Of a stretch of 64,000 bases of DNA, positions 35,157-44,204 are shown one piece after another. The notes beneath the pieces were generated by a model, which was given only the letters and a program-made list of their open reading frames with translations, had not been told where the DNA came from and did no database searches. Positions within the stretch are counted from its first letter, which is position 1. The number at the start of each line of letters is the position of its first letter. Position numbers and translations under genes: made by a program. Origin of the DNA: an uncultured Clostridia bacterium (GTDB taxonomy: Bacteria; Bacillota; Clostridia; Christensenellales; Borkfalkiaceae); assembly GCA_964594955.1 (NCBI GenBank), contig CAZQNK010000002.1:13037-77036 (forward strand), in the 5' to 3' direction.

Positions 35157-35186
35157 ATTATAAAACAAAATTCAAGTTATTTGCAA
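35157..35186 (-). promoter_or_regulatory. sigma-A-type promoter candidate for the GLUG lipoprotein gene
   Basis: Minus strand: TTGCAA (35186-35181), 18-nt spacer, TATAAT (35162-35157). Predicted leader of about 105 nt. Confidence 0.4.
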
Positions 35187-35531
35187 TGATTTTTAAAAAG
35201 AAAAGTAACGGGCAAAATTATACCGATAATAAAATTTTCTTATATTTTTAACCGCGCAAATAAGGCAAAATCGGTTAAAAAAGCGGCTTAATCCGACAGT
35301 TTTCACCCCATTATCACCTGATCGGAAACAAATTTTCGGTGCAAAGAAGCCAAAATTTTTTATGAAATTTTTGTGAACGCGCCCGACCGACGGCTGAAAA
35401 ACGGGCATAAATAAGCCGATCTTATATTTATTAAAACCTCAAAAATGAATAAAAATTTGAGTTAATGTATAAATCCGACGGGAAATTTTCCGTACAGGGC
35501 AGGCGAACCCGCAACAGACGCGTAACCGCGC

Positions 35532-35579
35532 AAGGCGCATACTTATATTAATTTTAAGGCGCATACTTATATTAATTTT
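35532..35579. repeat. perfect 24-nt tandem duplication
   Basis: aaggcgcatacttatattaatttt occurs twice (35532-35555 and 35556-35579), followed by a partial third attaatttta. Confidence 0.9.
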
Positions 35580-35608
35580 AAATTATTAATTTTAAATGCA
35601 AAACCGGC

Positions 35609-35638
35609 GCCGCGGGCGGCAATTCTGCCGCCCGCGGC
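35609..35638. terminator. GC-rich 12-bp hairpin (same family as 13410-13437)
   Basis: gccgcgggcggc-aattct-gccgcccgcggc. Confidence 0.4.
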
Positions 35639-35715
35639 GTGCTCACAGTACAGGCTTACAATATACGCTTATTTGCGGGACGCGAAAAACGCGGACTATA
35701 ATAAGGCGAAAACAT

Positions 35716-35759
35716 AAGGCGCGCACGCGCGGGGCGTTTGTCCCGCGCGTGCGCGCCTT
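35716..35759 (-). terminator. 18-bp perfect-stem hairpin after the M42 peptidase gene
   Basis: aaggcgcgcacgcgcggg-gcgtttgt-cccgcgcgtgcgcgcctt, 25 nt past the stop at 35784. On the minus strand TATGTTTTCG follows. Confidence 0.6.
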
Positions 35760-35783
35760 TGACAACGTTAATATTAAATTTAC

Positions 35784-36842
35784 TTAAAAGCTTTTTATAA
35801 TATCTCCGTTAAGCGCTTTTGCAAGTTCCAGACCGAGATCGACGGCCGAATTGAAATCGTCTATCGCCGCAAGACAGTTGAAAGTGTGGATATATCTTAC
35901 GGGAATACCCGCGACTATGACGGGAGTGCCGCCGTTCGCCGATATGATGTAAGCGCCGTTGTTTCCGCCGCCCGAACGCACCGCCATCTGCACCTTTATG
36001 CCCTTTTCAGCCGCGATTTTCTGCGCGAAAGAGGTGAACCTCGGCGTACAGATGACCGTTTTGTCCATATGACGGAGCATAACGCCGCCGTGAAGCTTAT
36101 CCTGCACCATATATGCGGGCGCAACCGTATCGTCTGCCGGACAGCCCTCGAAACATACGGCGACATCGGGCTTTACCCTGCACATAGCCGCCGCTATGCC
36201 CCTTTCACCGACCTCCTCCTGGGAGGAAACGACGCCTATAACGTCCACGTTCAATCGTTCGTCCTGCAAAAGTTTCAGGCATTTAAGCATTGCCGCAACG
36301 CCCATTCTGTCGTCGAATGCCTTGCCGTGAAGTATGCCGTGGCCGTCATATCCGAAAAGCGACAAAGGCACGACGGGCGCGCCGACCTCAACGCCGTATC
36401 CGCGCGCCTGAATATCGTCCGAAGCGCCGATATCGATAGTAAGATTGTCGTAAGATACGGGCGCGTTGCGCTGCTCGGCGTTCATAAGATGGGGCGGGGT
36501 TGCGGCGATAACGCCGCTTATATAACCCTCTTTCGTGTAGATCTGAACCTTGGAAGAAGGCAGACATTTTTCATTCCAAACGCCTACGGGTATAAACCTC
36601 AAAGCGCCGTCCGGACGGATTGCCTGTACCATGAAGCCGACTTCGTCCGAGTGCGCGTCCAACATAAGAAGGGGGCGGTTGCCCCTGTTGTACTTGGGAT
36701 ATATGAAGAGGTTGCGCATGCTGTCCTCTTCAAAGGTTGCAAAATCCTTGCAGTAGTCGCGCACGGCGAGGAGCACCTCGTCCTCGAAACCCGACATGCC
36801 GCGGCACTGCGAAAGTTTTTCGATTAGTTCGATGTCATTCAT
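35784..36842 (-). CDS. M42 family metallopeptidase (glutamyl aminopeptidase / FrvX-YsdC-like)
   Basis: 352 aa. N-terminus MNDIELIEKLSQCRGMSGFEDEV, then LMLDAHSDEVGF, GKAFDDRMG, SQEEVGERG. The length and metal-ligand pattern fit M42. Confidence 0.85.
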   Translation of the reverse strand: MNDIELIEKLSQCRGMSGFEDEVLLAVRDYCKDFATFEEDSMRNLFIYPKYNRGNRPLLMLDAHSDEVGFMVQAIRPDGALRFIPVGVWNEKCLPSSKVQIYTKEGYISGVIAATPPHLMNAEQRNAPVSYDNLTIDIGASDDIQARGYGVEVGAPVVPLSLFGYDGHGILHGKAFDDRMGVAAMLKCLKLLQDERLNVDVIGVVSSQEEVGERGIAAAMCRVKPDVAVCFEGCPADDTVAPAYMVQDKLHGGVMLRHMDKTVICTPRFTSFAQKIAAEKGIKVQMAVRSGGGNNGAYIISANGGTPVIVAGIPVRYIHTFNCLAAIDDFNSAVDLGLELAKALNGDIIKSF

Positions 36843-36900
36843 TATTTTGCCTCTCTCAAAAGATAATAAATAAAAGATAATAAATAATATATCGTCGGCT

Positions 36901-37938
36901 TTAAGCCGTTTTGCGTAACTTCAATTCCCGCTCTATATTATCGCAGGTTTCTTTAAGCTCTTCCTCGGTTTCGGCTATTTCCACACCGTCTAAAATTTCC
37001 TGCAACCTGTATTCGTCGTTCAGATATTTTATCGTCTGATAGCCCATCACCGCCGTAAGAACGCCGTTCGTAAGACCCTGTACTGAAGAATCGACGATGG
37101 CGGATATCGCCGTGCCCAAAAGGGGTATACCCTTGACCGCGTCGCCCATCGTCTTTACAATGCTGTTGCCGAGTTTCATTCCGCCCAGACCGTACGCCAC
37201 AAGTGAATTTTGCAATACCCTTGCAAAGATTTTTGCAAGCTTTGCGTCCGACGGACGGAACCCGTACAAAAACACGACGTCCTTCACAAGCTGTAAATTT
37301 ATGAACGCGACTAAAAGGGCGTCCACATTGCTCGTCTGCGAAACGGCGGAATACATTGCGGACTTCATAGAGCTTTTCAAAATAAGATCCTTTGCCGAAG
37401 CTTTAACCGAACCCGTATAAAGAACGGTTAAATTGCGCATTATGCCCCGTTCGTCGCCCGTCTTTACGGCGATTGCAAGGCTGCCAACAACGGCGCTGTC
37501 GTACCAACCCGCGCCTTCCACCTTGGAAGTGAGGTCGATTATCTTATCGGCAATGTTTTTGCGCACCTTTTTATTGTGGCGCTGCGCCGCGCGGGCGGTG
37601 TAAGCGTTTACGTTTACTTCGAAATAGTCGGTTTTGAAGATTTTTACAAGGGGAACTATAAAAAGAAATATGTATAAAAGAACGCTGACCGCTATCATTG
37701 CATAGCCTGCGTATTCGTTCATTTCCCACACCTTTACGGTGACGGAAAACAGGCAGAAGAATATAAACACGCCTATCGCGGCGGCGACAAGTTTTAATAT
37801 CAGTTTTGCCCCGCGCACGTTCTGCCGCTTTACATATTTCTGCTCATATTCGTAAATGGTCATCTTATGCGGAAGATCTTCCGACGGCACTATTTCCCGC
37901 GTGACCGCCGCTTCCGCCTTTTTATCTTTATTTTTCAT
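36901..37938 (-). CDS. membrane protein, unknown function (possibly DUF697/YcjF-like)
   Basis: 345 aa. Two adjacent TM helices at aa 50-105, then a soluble domain with further amphipathic or hydrophobic segments near the C-terminus. The family assignment is only an impression. Confidence 0.55.
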   Translation of the reverse strand: MKNKDKKAEAAVTREIVPSEDLPHKMTIYEYEQKYVKRQNVRGAKLILKLVAAAIGVFIFFCLFSVTVKVWEMNEYAGYAMIAVSVLLYIFLFIVPLVKIFKTDYFEVNVNAYTARAAQRHNKKVRKNIADKIIDLTSKVEGAGWYDSAVVGSLAIAVKTGDERGIMRNLTVLYTGSVKASAKDLILKSSMKSAMYSAVSQTSNVDALLVAFINLQLVKDVVFLYGFRPSDAKLAKIFARVLQNSLVAYGLGGMKLGNSIVKTMGDAVKGIPLLGTAISAIVDSSVQGLTNGVLTAVMGYQTIKYLNDEYRLQEILDGVEIAETEEELKETCDNIERELKLRKTA

Positions 37939-37988
37939 GTTTTTCCGTCCTCACGGTTATATATCGATAGCGCTTTTGCATGATATTT

Positions 37989-38795
37989 TTATTGCAAATC
38001 GATAGTGAATTTATACAGCTCGGATTTGGCTACGCCCCTGTCCTTTGCGGCGCGTTTTACCGCTTCCTTTTTATCCAACCCCTGCGCCATGTAATGGAGT
38101 ATATGCTCCCGCTCGGTCAGGGCGTTCAGCGGATTGGCTTGCGCCGAGGCGCCTTCCACAACCACGACGTATTCGCCGCGCTTTTCCCCCGCGAGCCCCG
38201 CGGATAAAGTGAAGGGCAGAGCCTCTTCATGCAGTTTGGTAATTTCCCGCACGGCGCAGGCTTTTCTGTCCCCGAAAACCTCGTACATGGCGCATATATC
38301 GCGGTCTATATCTTGCGGCGCCACGTGAAACACAAGCGACATATCGAGGTTTTTATACCTTTCAAGCACCGCGCGCTTTTCCCCCGCCTTATCGGGAAGA
38401 AAACCTATGAACGCGAACCTGTCCGCAGGCAAACCCGACAGTATAAGCGCAGAAAGCGCCGCGTTTGCGCCCGGAACCACAGTGTACGCCACGCCCGCGT
38501 CTTTCAACGCGCGGCACACCAGATTGCCGGGATCCGAAATGACGGGCATGCCCGCGTCCGATATGACGGCGACTTCTTCGCCCGATTGCGCGGCGCCGAT
38601 TATGCGTTCCGCAGCCTCGCGCTCGTTGAACTTATGGCAGCTTTTCAGGGGCTTTTTTATATCGTATGCGTTTAAAAGCTTTACGGAGTGCCTTGTATCC
38701 TCGCAGAATATTACGTCTGCCGCGCGCAGAACTTCAAGCGCACGGAGGGAGATATCTTTTAAATTGCCTATGGGAGTTGCTATGAAATAGACCAT
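37989..38795 (-). CDS. rsmI: 16S rRNA (cytidine1402-2'-O)-methyltransferase
   Basis: 268 aa. MVYFIATPIGNLKDISLRALEVLRAADVIFCEDTRHSVKLL is the RsmI N-terminal signature. Position next to the yabB-like gene as in Bacillus. Confidence 0.92.
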   Translation of the reverse strand: MVYFIATPIGNLKDISLRALEVLRAADVIFCEDTRHSVKLLNAYDIKKPLKSCHKFNEREAAERIIGAAQSGEEVAVISDAGMPVISDPGNLVCRALKDAGVAYTVVPGANAALSALILSGLPADRFAFIGFLPDKAGEKRAVLERYKNLDMSLVFHVAPQDIDRDICAMYEVFGDRKACAVREITKLHEEALPFTLSAGLAGEKRGEYVVVVEGASAQANPLNALTEREHILHYMAQGLDKKEAVKRAAKDRGVAKSELYKFTIDLQ

Positions 38796-38818
38796 GTTTT
38801 AAGCCTGTCCTCCTGCGC

Positions 38819-39481
38819 TCAATTGAACGTAACGGGCAATATTTCCACGCCCTCGCGCCCGCCCTTGACGGCTTCCGCCATGATGAGATAGGGCTTTGCG
38901 TCTGCCGTGCCCGAAACAAACTGTATGCGTTTGGGTTCCAATCCGCGTTTTTTCAATAAATAAATCAGCTCGGCGGCTCGGTCCGCACGGTTCAATATGG
39001 CAAGCCTGCCCCCGAATTTCAGCTTTCGGTATGCGACTTCGACTATTTCGGGCAAAGTCAAAGTCAATTCTTTGCGGCAAACGGCTTTTTCATAGGAAAT
39101 ATTTTCAAACCCCGAACGTTCGTAAGGGGGATTGCAGAGAATGAGCGAAAATTTATCGTCGTATTCCCTGCCGATATCCTGTAATTTGCAACAGACGGTT
39201 TGGCAGTCGAAGCCGTTCAATATAGCCGTCCGACGCGACATATCCGCAAGGCTTTCCTGCATTTCAAACAGCGTAAGACGGGATATATGCGGGTTTAAAC
39301 ACAAAAAATGAAAGCCGACGACGCCGCTGCCCGAACAAAAGTCCGCAACGTTATCGCCTGCTTTTGCACGCGCGAAACGCGACAGCAGAATACTGTCCGA
39401 AGTGAAACGGTATAAATTGACGTTTTGTATTATTTTTTTGTCTTGATAAAATTCTTCGAGAACTTCGCCCTCTTTAAGCAT
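38819..39481 (-). CDS. SAM-dependent N6-adenine methyltransferase, YabB/YfiC (tRNA m6A37)-like
   Basis: 220 aa. SAM motif ADFCSGSGVVG and catalytic LCNPPYE (NPPY). Conserved synteny upstream of rsmI. Confidence 0.7.
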   Translation of the reverse strand: MLKEGEVLEEFYQDKKIIQNVNLYRFTSDSILLSRFARAKAGDNVADFCSGSGVVGFHFLCLNPHISRLTLFEMQESLADMSRRTAILNGFDCQTVCCKLQDIGREYDDKFSLILCNPPYERSGFENISYEKAVCRKELTLTLPEIVEVAYRKLKFGGRLAILNRADRAAELIYLLKKRGLEPKRIQFVSGTADAKPYLIMAEAVKGGREGVEILPVTFN

Positions 39482-39577
39482 ATATACCTTTTTACGGAAC
39501 CCGCCGCGTACAAAAACGGCGCTTTAACCGATAAACGTTTTTTAAAGGATCGCGCCGCAAACGGCGGAGAATCCAAC

Positions 39578-39606
39578 GAAAAAGCGGAGGAAACCGACCC
39601 TCCGCT
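39578..39606 (-). terminator. intrinsic terminator after the ferredoxin gene
   Basis: Minus strand: AGCGGAGG-gtcggttt-CCTCCGCT followed by TTTTT. Confidence 0.65.
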
Positions 39607-39624
39607 TTCTCACTGTTTTAAAAA

Positions 39625-39795
39625 TTACTCAGCGTGGATAGCACCGGTAGGGCAAACATCCTCGCACGCGCCGCAGTCGATGCAAACATCGGGATCAACC
39701 ACATATTTGTCAGCGCCTTCGGAAATAGCTTCTACGGGGCATGTGCCTGCGCACGCGCCACAGCTTACGCATTCGTCAGATACAGAGTGTGCCAT
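39625..39795 (-). CDS. 2x[4Fe-4S] clostridial-type ferredoxin (56 aa; below the ORF-track cutoff)
   Basis: Own translation: MAHSVSDECVSCGACAGTCPVEAISEGADKYVVDPDVCIDCGACEDVCPTGAIHAE*. It has two CxxCxxCxxxCP motifs and a GGAGG SD 7 nt upstream. Confidence 0.9.
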   Translation of the reverse strand: MAHSVSDECVSCGACAGTCPVEAISEGADKYVVDPDVCIDCGACEDVCPTGAIHAE

Positions 39796-39893
39796 AATTA
39801 TCCTCCATTTTTTAATACATTTCTACGTATTGTACGTTGATTATATCACACAATTTTACAACTGTAAAGAGTTCGGCGAAAAAAATTTTTACT

Positions 39894-41042
39894 TTAATCC
39901 TGAATTCCTTCCCGCGGTTGCCTCTTGCGGAAATTTTTACCGCTCCTTTGGCGTGCGGGGCGCTTGTCCCTATCGCGCGGTTCGCGTATGTCGCGGGGTT
40001 CCGCCGCGGAAACGTTATCTCTACGTTGTTTGTTTCCTTTGGGGTTCCTATTATTATTTTTATTATTGTTATTGTTATTATTATTGTTGTTATTGTTTTT
40101 GCCGTTTTTATTATTCTTGCTCTTTTTATCCGTTTTTACGTCATTCTTTTCGGGCTGTTCAAGAATAATTTCGTCAAGATCGTCGTCATCGTCCTGTTCG
40201 TTCCCGCCGTCGTCATTCTTTTCCCGGGAATTTGAATTGAGTAAATCAACGGGGTAATCCTTATAGGTAAAAATATCCTTTTCCTTATCCTCTATTTTTA
40301 CGCGGACTTCCATTTTAAGCATATTTGCGTTGACGACCATACCCTTGCCGTCGGGCGTATCGATTTCGCTCCCGATCTTGGGCATCTGCTTGCAGGCTTC
40401 CGAATAATAGTCGTTTTCGTAGGCAAGACAGCACATCAGTCTGCCGCAAAGACCCGATATTTTCCCCGGATTGAGCGAAAGCCCCTGATTTTTTGCCATT
40501 TTTATGGAAACTTTTTTTATATCGGGCATGCAGCTTGCACAGCAGCACTCCCTGCCGCAGGGCGCAAGCCCCCCGAACATCTTTATTTCGTCGCGTATGC
40601 CCACCTGACGAAGCTCTATGCGCATGCGGAAGACGGAGGAAAGATCCTTTACGAGTTCGCGGAAATCCACGCGCTGGGGCGCGGAATAGTAGAACACCGC
40701 TTTCGTGCCGTCGAACGTAAATTCACAGTCGATAAGCTTCATTTCAAGGTTGAACTTTGCTATCCGCTCGCGGACGGTCTGCATGGCGTCGTCCTTGCGG
40801 TCAAGATTCTTTTTATACGTTTCGTCGTCGCGCGGGGTTGCCGCACGGATCACGGGTTTTAACGGCGTAACTATCTTTTCGTCGTCGACCTGAGCGTAAG
40901 GAATAACGACGATGCCGTATTCCACGCCGCGCGCCGTTTCAACTATGACGCCCTTCCCTTTTTCGTATTTGCAGCCGTTTTCGGGGGCGAAATAGTAAAC
41001 TTTGCCGCCCTCTTTAAAGGCTACGCCTGTTATCTCTGCCAT
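39894..41042 (-). CDS. ricT: PSP1-domain protein YaaT/RicT with a long low-complexity C-terminal tail
   Basis: Start moved to MAEITGVAFKEGGKVYYF (41042; GGAGAA SD). PSP1 core with the GGLAPCGRECCCASCM and GLCGRLMCCLAYE Cys clusters. The last 112 aa or so are acidic, then poly-Asn (12 N in a row), then Arg/Lys-rich. Confidence 0.88.
   Translation of the reverse strand: MAEITGVAFKEGGKVYYFAPENGCKYEKGKGVIVETARGVEYGIVVIPYAQVDDEKIVTPLKPVIRAATPRDDETYKKNLDRKDDAMQTVRERIAKFNLEMKLIDCEFTFDGTKAVFYYSAPQRVDFRELVKDLSSVFRMRIELRQVGIRDEIKMFGGLAPCGRECCCASCMPDIKKVSIKMAKNQGLSLNPGKISGLCGRLMCCLAYENDYYSEACKQMPKIGSEIDTPDGKGMVVNANMLKMEVRVKIEDKEKDIFTYKDYPVDLLNSNSREKNDDGGNEQDDDDDLDEIILEQPEKNDVKTDKKSKNNKNGKNNNNNNNNNNNNKNNNRNPKGNKQRRDNVSAAEPRDIREPRDRDKRPARQRSGKNFRKRQPREGIQD
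40045..40125 (-). repeat. AAT/AAC trinucleotide-repeat tract encoding poly-Asn
   Basis: Plus strand reads attattatttttattattgttattgttattattattgttgttattg..., in frame within the yaaT tail. Confidence 0.85.
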
Positions 41043-41139
41043 ATTAATTCTCCTGTCGCGGAACCGACAAAAGTTCCGTGTTGTAAAGGCTATGTACCGT
41101 AAACCAACGTAACGATAGCCGCCGCAAATGCCGTATATA

Positions 41140-42042
41140 TCAGTGCGAACGCTTTTCAAACACAATTATTTTAAGCATAAAATCGTATAAAAGCCCCTGA
41201 AAATATGCGTTGAATTTTATATCCGCATTTGCCCTGTCAATACATTCAAGCGCGTAAACGAGGGTGGCGGGCGACCATAATTTTGCAAGCCTGCCGCCGC
41301 AGGTCAAAGCCTTATAATAAAGCCTTTGCATTTCCGCCAACAGTTCGCGCTTATACTTGGCGTCGCCGTATTTTGCCGCAACTTCGGCAATCCTGCCCGT
41401 AGTCGTTACGGAGCATATCTCTTGCGCGCCTTCAACCACGCCTTCAAACCAGCCGCCGCGCACAATGTTTTGCGCCGCGCCGAGGCTGCCGCCCGAACTT
41501 TCCGCCGCCGCTTCGTTCAGCTCGTTTTTTTCCATGCGCTCCAAAGCGGAAAATATCTCGGCTTCGGTGAAGGGGGGGATTTCAAGAAGTTTCACGCGGG
41601 AAAGGACGGTATCTAAAACGGGAGCAGTGGAAGTTACGCCCAGCAGGAAGTGTATGCCTTCAAGCGGTTCTTCCAACGTCTTTAAAAGTTTGTTCTGTAC
41701 GAGCGCAGAGGCAGATTCGAACCCGCAGATAACGTAAAGTTTTTTGTTGCCTTCAACGGGGCGCATGGCGCTGTCCGAAATAATTTCCGCAACTCCGTCC
41801 GCGGTTATCTTTTTATCTTCCTGCGGATAGAAAGAGAGGTCGGTAAAGTTATCCGACATAATTCTGCGGAAAGCGGCCGAACCTTCCTTTGCGCCGAAAA
41901 ATTCGGCGGCGAATATTTTTAGAACGGCGCGGAGGTTGCTTTCATCCGAAAAGTGCAGCATATAGGCGTGCGAAAGCTTGCCGCTTATTCTGTCGCCCGA
42001 AAAAATGGCGTATGCCGTTGTGCCCTTTATCAGTTTTTCCAC
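41140..42042 (-). CDS. holB: DNA polymerase III delta' subunit
   Basis: 300 aa. LSHAYMLHF, the clamp-loader motif NKLLKTLEEP and SRV(K) sensor region. tmk-holB-yaaT synteny as in Bacillus. Confidence 0.75.
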   Translation of the reverse strand: MEKLIKGTTAYAIFSGDRISGKLSHAYMLHFSDESNLRAVLKIFAAEFFGAKEGSAAFRRIMSDNFTDLSFYPQEDKKITADGVAEIISDSAMRPVEGNKKLYVICGFESASALVQNKLLKTLEEPLEGIHFLLGVTSTAPVLDTVLSRVKLLEIPPFTEAEIFSALERMEKNELNEAAAESSGGSLGAAQNIVRGGWFEGVVEGAQEICSVTTTGRIAEVAAKYGDAKYKRELLAEMQRLYYKALTCGGRLAKLWSPATLVYALECIDRANADIKFNAYFQGLLYDFMLKIIVFEKRSH

Positions 42043-42077
42043 TGCCGTCCACCGCCGCGGATCACCGCGGATTTCAA

Positions 42078-42698
42078 TTATATAATGTTTTTATCTTTTA
42101 AAAGTTTTTTAATACCCGCCGCGGTTTCAAACTTGGTTCCTCCGCAGTAAACGGGACATATTCTGGGGTATTTGCCGATAAGCGCCTTGTAGCCCTCATA
42201 AACTTTTTCATGAAACGACAGACCGAGCTGTTCCATTCTGTCGTTTTCGTCCGCGCCGTGTTTTCTTTCAAACGCTTCGCGCGGGGGAATATCGAGAAAA
42301 ATAGTCAGATCGGGAGGAAAATTTTCCAGAGCATAGGAATTTATCTTTTCAATAAAATCCGAGCCCAGCCCTCTTGCCGCTCCCTGATAGGCAAACGAAG
42401 AATCCACATACCTGTCGCATATCACAAGCTTGCCCTGCGACAGGGCGGGCGCTATTGTCTGTTTAAGATGCTGTATGCGCGCGGCGGCGTACAAAAGCGC
42501 CTCGCACTCGCCGCACATATCGGTATATGCGCCGTTTAAAATTATTTTTCTTATTTCTTCCGAGATAACGCTGCCGCCGGGTTCGCGGGTAATTATAAAA
42601 TCCACGCCCTCTTGCTTCAAATTTTCCGAAAGCAACCTCAGCTGCGTGCTTTTGCCCGAACCCTCGCAGCCCTCTATGGTAACGAATTTTCCTTTCAC
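42078..42698 (-). CDS. tmk: thymidylate kinase
   Basis: 206 aa. MKGKFVTIEGCEGSGKSTQ P-loop, TREPGG, DRYVDSSFAYQG. Confidence 0.93.
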   Translation of the reverse strand: MKGKFVTIEGCEGSGKSTQLRLLSENLKQEGVDFIITREPGGSVISEEIRKIILNGAYTDMCGECEALLYAAARIQHLKQTIAPALSQGKLVICDRYVDSSFAYQGAARGLGSDFIEKINSYALENFPPDLTIFLDIPPREAFERKHGADENDRMEQLGLSFHEKVYEGYKALIGKYPRICPVYCGGTKFETAAGIKKLLKDKNII

Positions 42699-44041
42699 GG
42701 TTTTTTCACCACACGTATTTCACCGTCGTTCAGACCGAACGTTTTGCGCGCCGCCGCAACAGTACGAATCTGCGCCTCGGTAATAATTTCACCCGCGATA
42801 ATAACGGGTATGCAGGGGGGAGTTATTCCCACGTTTCTGGCCGCCATTCTGCCCACAGCCTTCAACAGAGGGAGGAATTCCCAATCGTTTTTGAAGGCGT
42901 AAAGATAGCTGTACGTTCTGTCGCCCGCGGGAATGGCGGGACGGGGAATATAGGTTCCCCTCAATTTTTTATCCCCGACGGTCTTTACAAGCGTGTTTTT
43001 CAGGGTGTTCATGTCGCTTGCGGCGACCATGGGAGAGATGTAGAAAAGCAGGTATCTTCCGTCCGAAAGCTCGGCATATATGCCCTTTTTTTCAAGCGCC
43101 GCCGCCAATTCATCGGAGGAAATGCCCAAGGGCTTGCAATCAAGCGCAATCTTTGTCCAATCGTCCGACGGATAGAAAGTGAAGTCGGGCAGGCCGTTTA
43201 TAAAATTCTTTGCGGCGATTTTTGCCTGCTCAACCAATTTAAGATTGTTCTTTAAAAATTTAACGCCGTATTCCACGGAAGCCATCACGGGATAGCTCGG
43301 CGAGGTTGTGCGGAAGATGTTCAGCCCTTCCTCTGCGTCGGGAATAAGCCGTTCGTCGTTCACGCAAAGTATCGCGCCCTGCGTAAGGGCGGGAAGGCTT
43401 TTATGCGCTCCGTCCACCCAAATATCGGCGTACACACCCGCATATCCCCTTCTTTCCGCTTCAAAAGCGAGGTGCGCGCCGTGCGCGCCGTCAACTATTA
43501 AAAGCCTGCCGTGTTTTTTCAGAACCTCGGCATACTCGGCAAGGGGGGCGAAATTGCCATAGTAATCGGGGTGGGTGACCACCATGCCCGCAATATTCAC
43601 GTCGTTGACGAGCAACCTGTCAAGCAGAGCGGGGTCGGGCGGCATAAGTATGCCGTGCCTTGTTTCGCCCTGCACCACAACGGGTTCGAGCCCCAGAATT
43701 CTGCACGAATTCCACACGCTTTGGTGGCAATTGCGCGGAACTATAAGTTTGTTCCCGCGCCGCGCCGCCGCAAAAAGCATGGTCATCACCCCCGACGAAG
43801 AACCGTCCGTGAGAAAATAACTTTTTTTAGCGCCGAGAATTTCGGCAACGTCGCGCTGGGCTTCGTAAATTACGCCCGTGGGACATTGAAGATTATCCGA
43901 ATAGGAAAGCTCCGTCACGTCCAATTGGGCCACGGGGAATTTTTTTAAAAACTCGCCCCGCCCCTTATGACCGGGAACGTGGAAAGTTTTTTCCGCGTCG
44001 GAATAGTTTTTAAGTTGTGAATATATTAAATAATCGTACAT
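42695..44041 (-). CDS. Orn/Lys/Arg decarboxylase-family PLP enzyme (YaaO-like)
   Basis: FHVPGHKG motif near the N-terminus, and a PLP-Lys region GAHKSLPALTQG. 4-nt overlap with tmk. I prefer the start at MYDYLIY (44041) because the upstream 111 nt contains a duplicate of the lysS 3' region. The alternative start is 44152. Confidence 0.8.
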   Translation of the reverse strand: MYDYLIYSQLKNYSDAEKTFHVPGHKGRGEFLKKFPVAQLDVTELSYSDNLQCPTGVIYEAQRDVAEILGAKKSYFLTDGSSSGVMTMLFAAARRGNKLIVPRNCHQSVWNSCRILGLEPVVVQGETRHGILMPPDPALLDRLLVNDVNIAGMVVTHPDYYGNFAPLAEYAEVLKKHGRLLIVDGAHGAHLAFEAERRGYAGVYADIWVDGAHKSLPALTQGAILCVNDERLIPDAEEGLNIFRTTSPSYPVMASVEYGVKFLKNNLKLVEQAKIAAKNFINGLPDFTFYPSDDWTKIALDCKPLGISSDELAAALEKKGIYAELSDGRYLLFYISPMVAASDMNTLKNTLVKTVGDKKLRGTYIPRPAIPAGDRTYSYLYAFKNDWEFLPLLKAVGRMAARNVGITPPCIPVIIAGEIITEAQIRTVAAARKTFGLNDGEIRVVKKP

Positions 44042-44060
44042 ATTCGATTTAATTCCCCGT

Positions 44061-44111
44061 CCGAAAAAAGCGCGCGGCGCGACAATGTATTTGCGCAGTT
44101 TTTCAGCCGCG
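44061..44111. repeat. 50-nt direct repeat, copy 1
   Basis: ccgaaaaaagcgcgcggcgcgacaatgtatttgcgcagtttttcagccgcg. Compare copy 2 at 44205-44254. Confidence 0.85.
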
Positions 44112-44204
44112 GCCGTTTGGTTTTTAACGCCCTTCGCGCGGGTCAAAAACAAGCAAGACGAGGAGCGCGAGCACTTTTGAGGGAGTGTACACCGACGTAC
44201 ATGA

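Noticed and set aside
35886-36827. 313-aa plus-strand ORF opposite the M42 peptidase gene
   Set aside because: The minus-strand product matches M42 over its full length. The plus-strand product is Arg/His/Ala-rich.
39425-40257. Plus-strand ORFs 39425-40168, 39837-40235 and 39925-40257, with odd Cys/Tyr/Phe/Leu-rich repetitive products
   Set aside because: They are antisense readings of the ferredoxin gene and of the AAT/AAC repeat and charged tail of yaaT. Their composition simply mirrors the low-complexity DNA.
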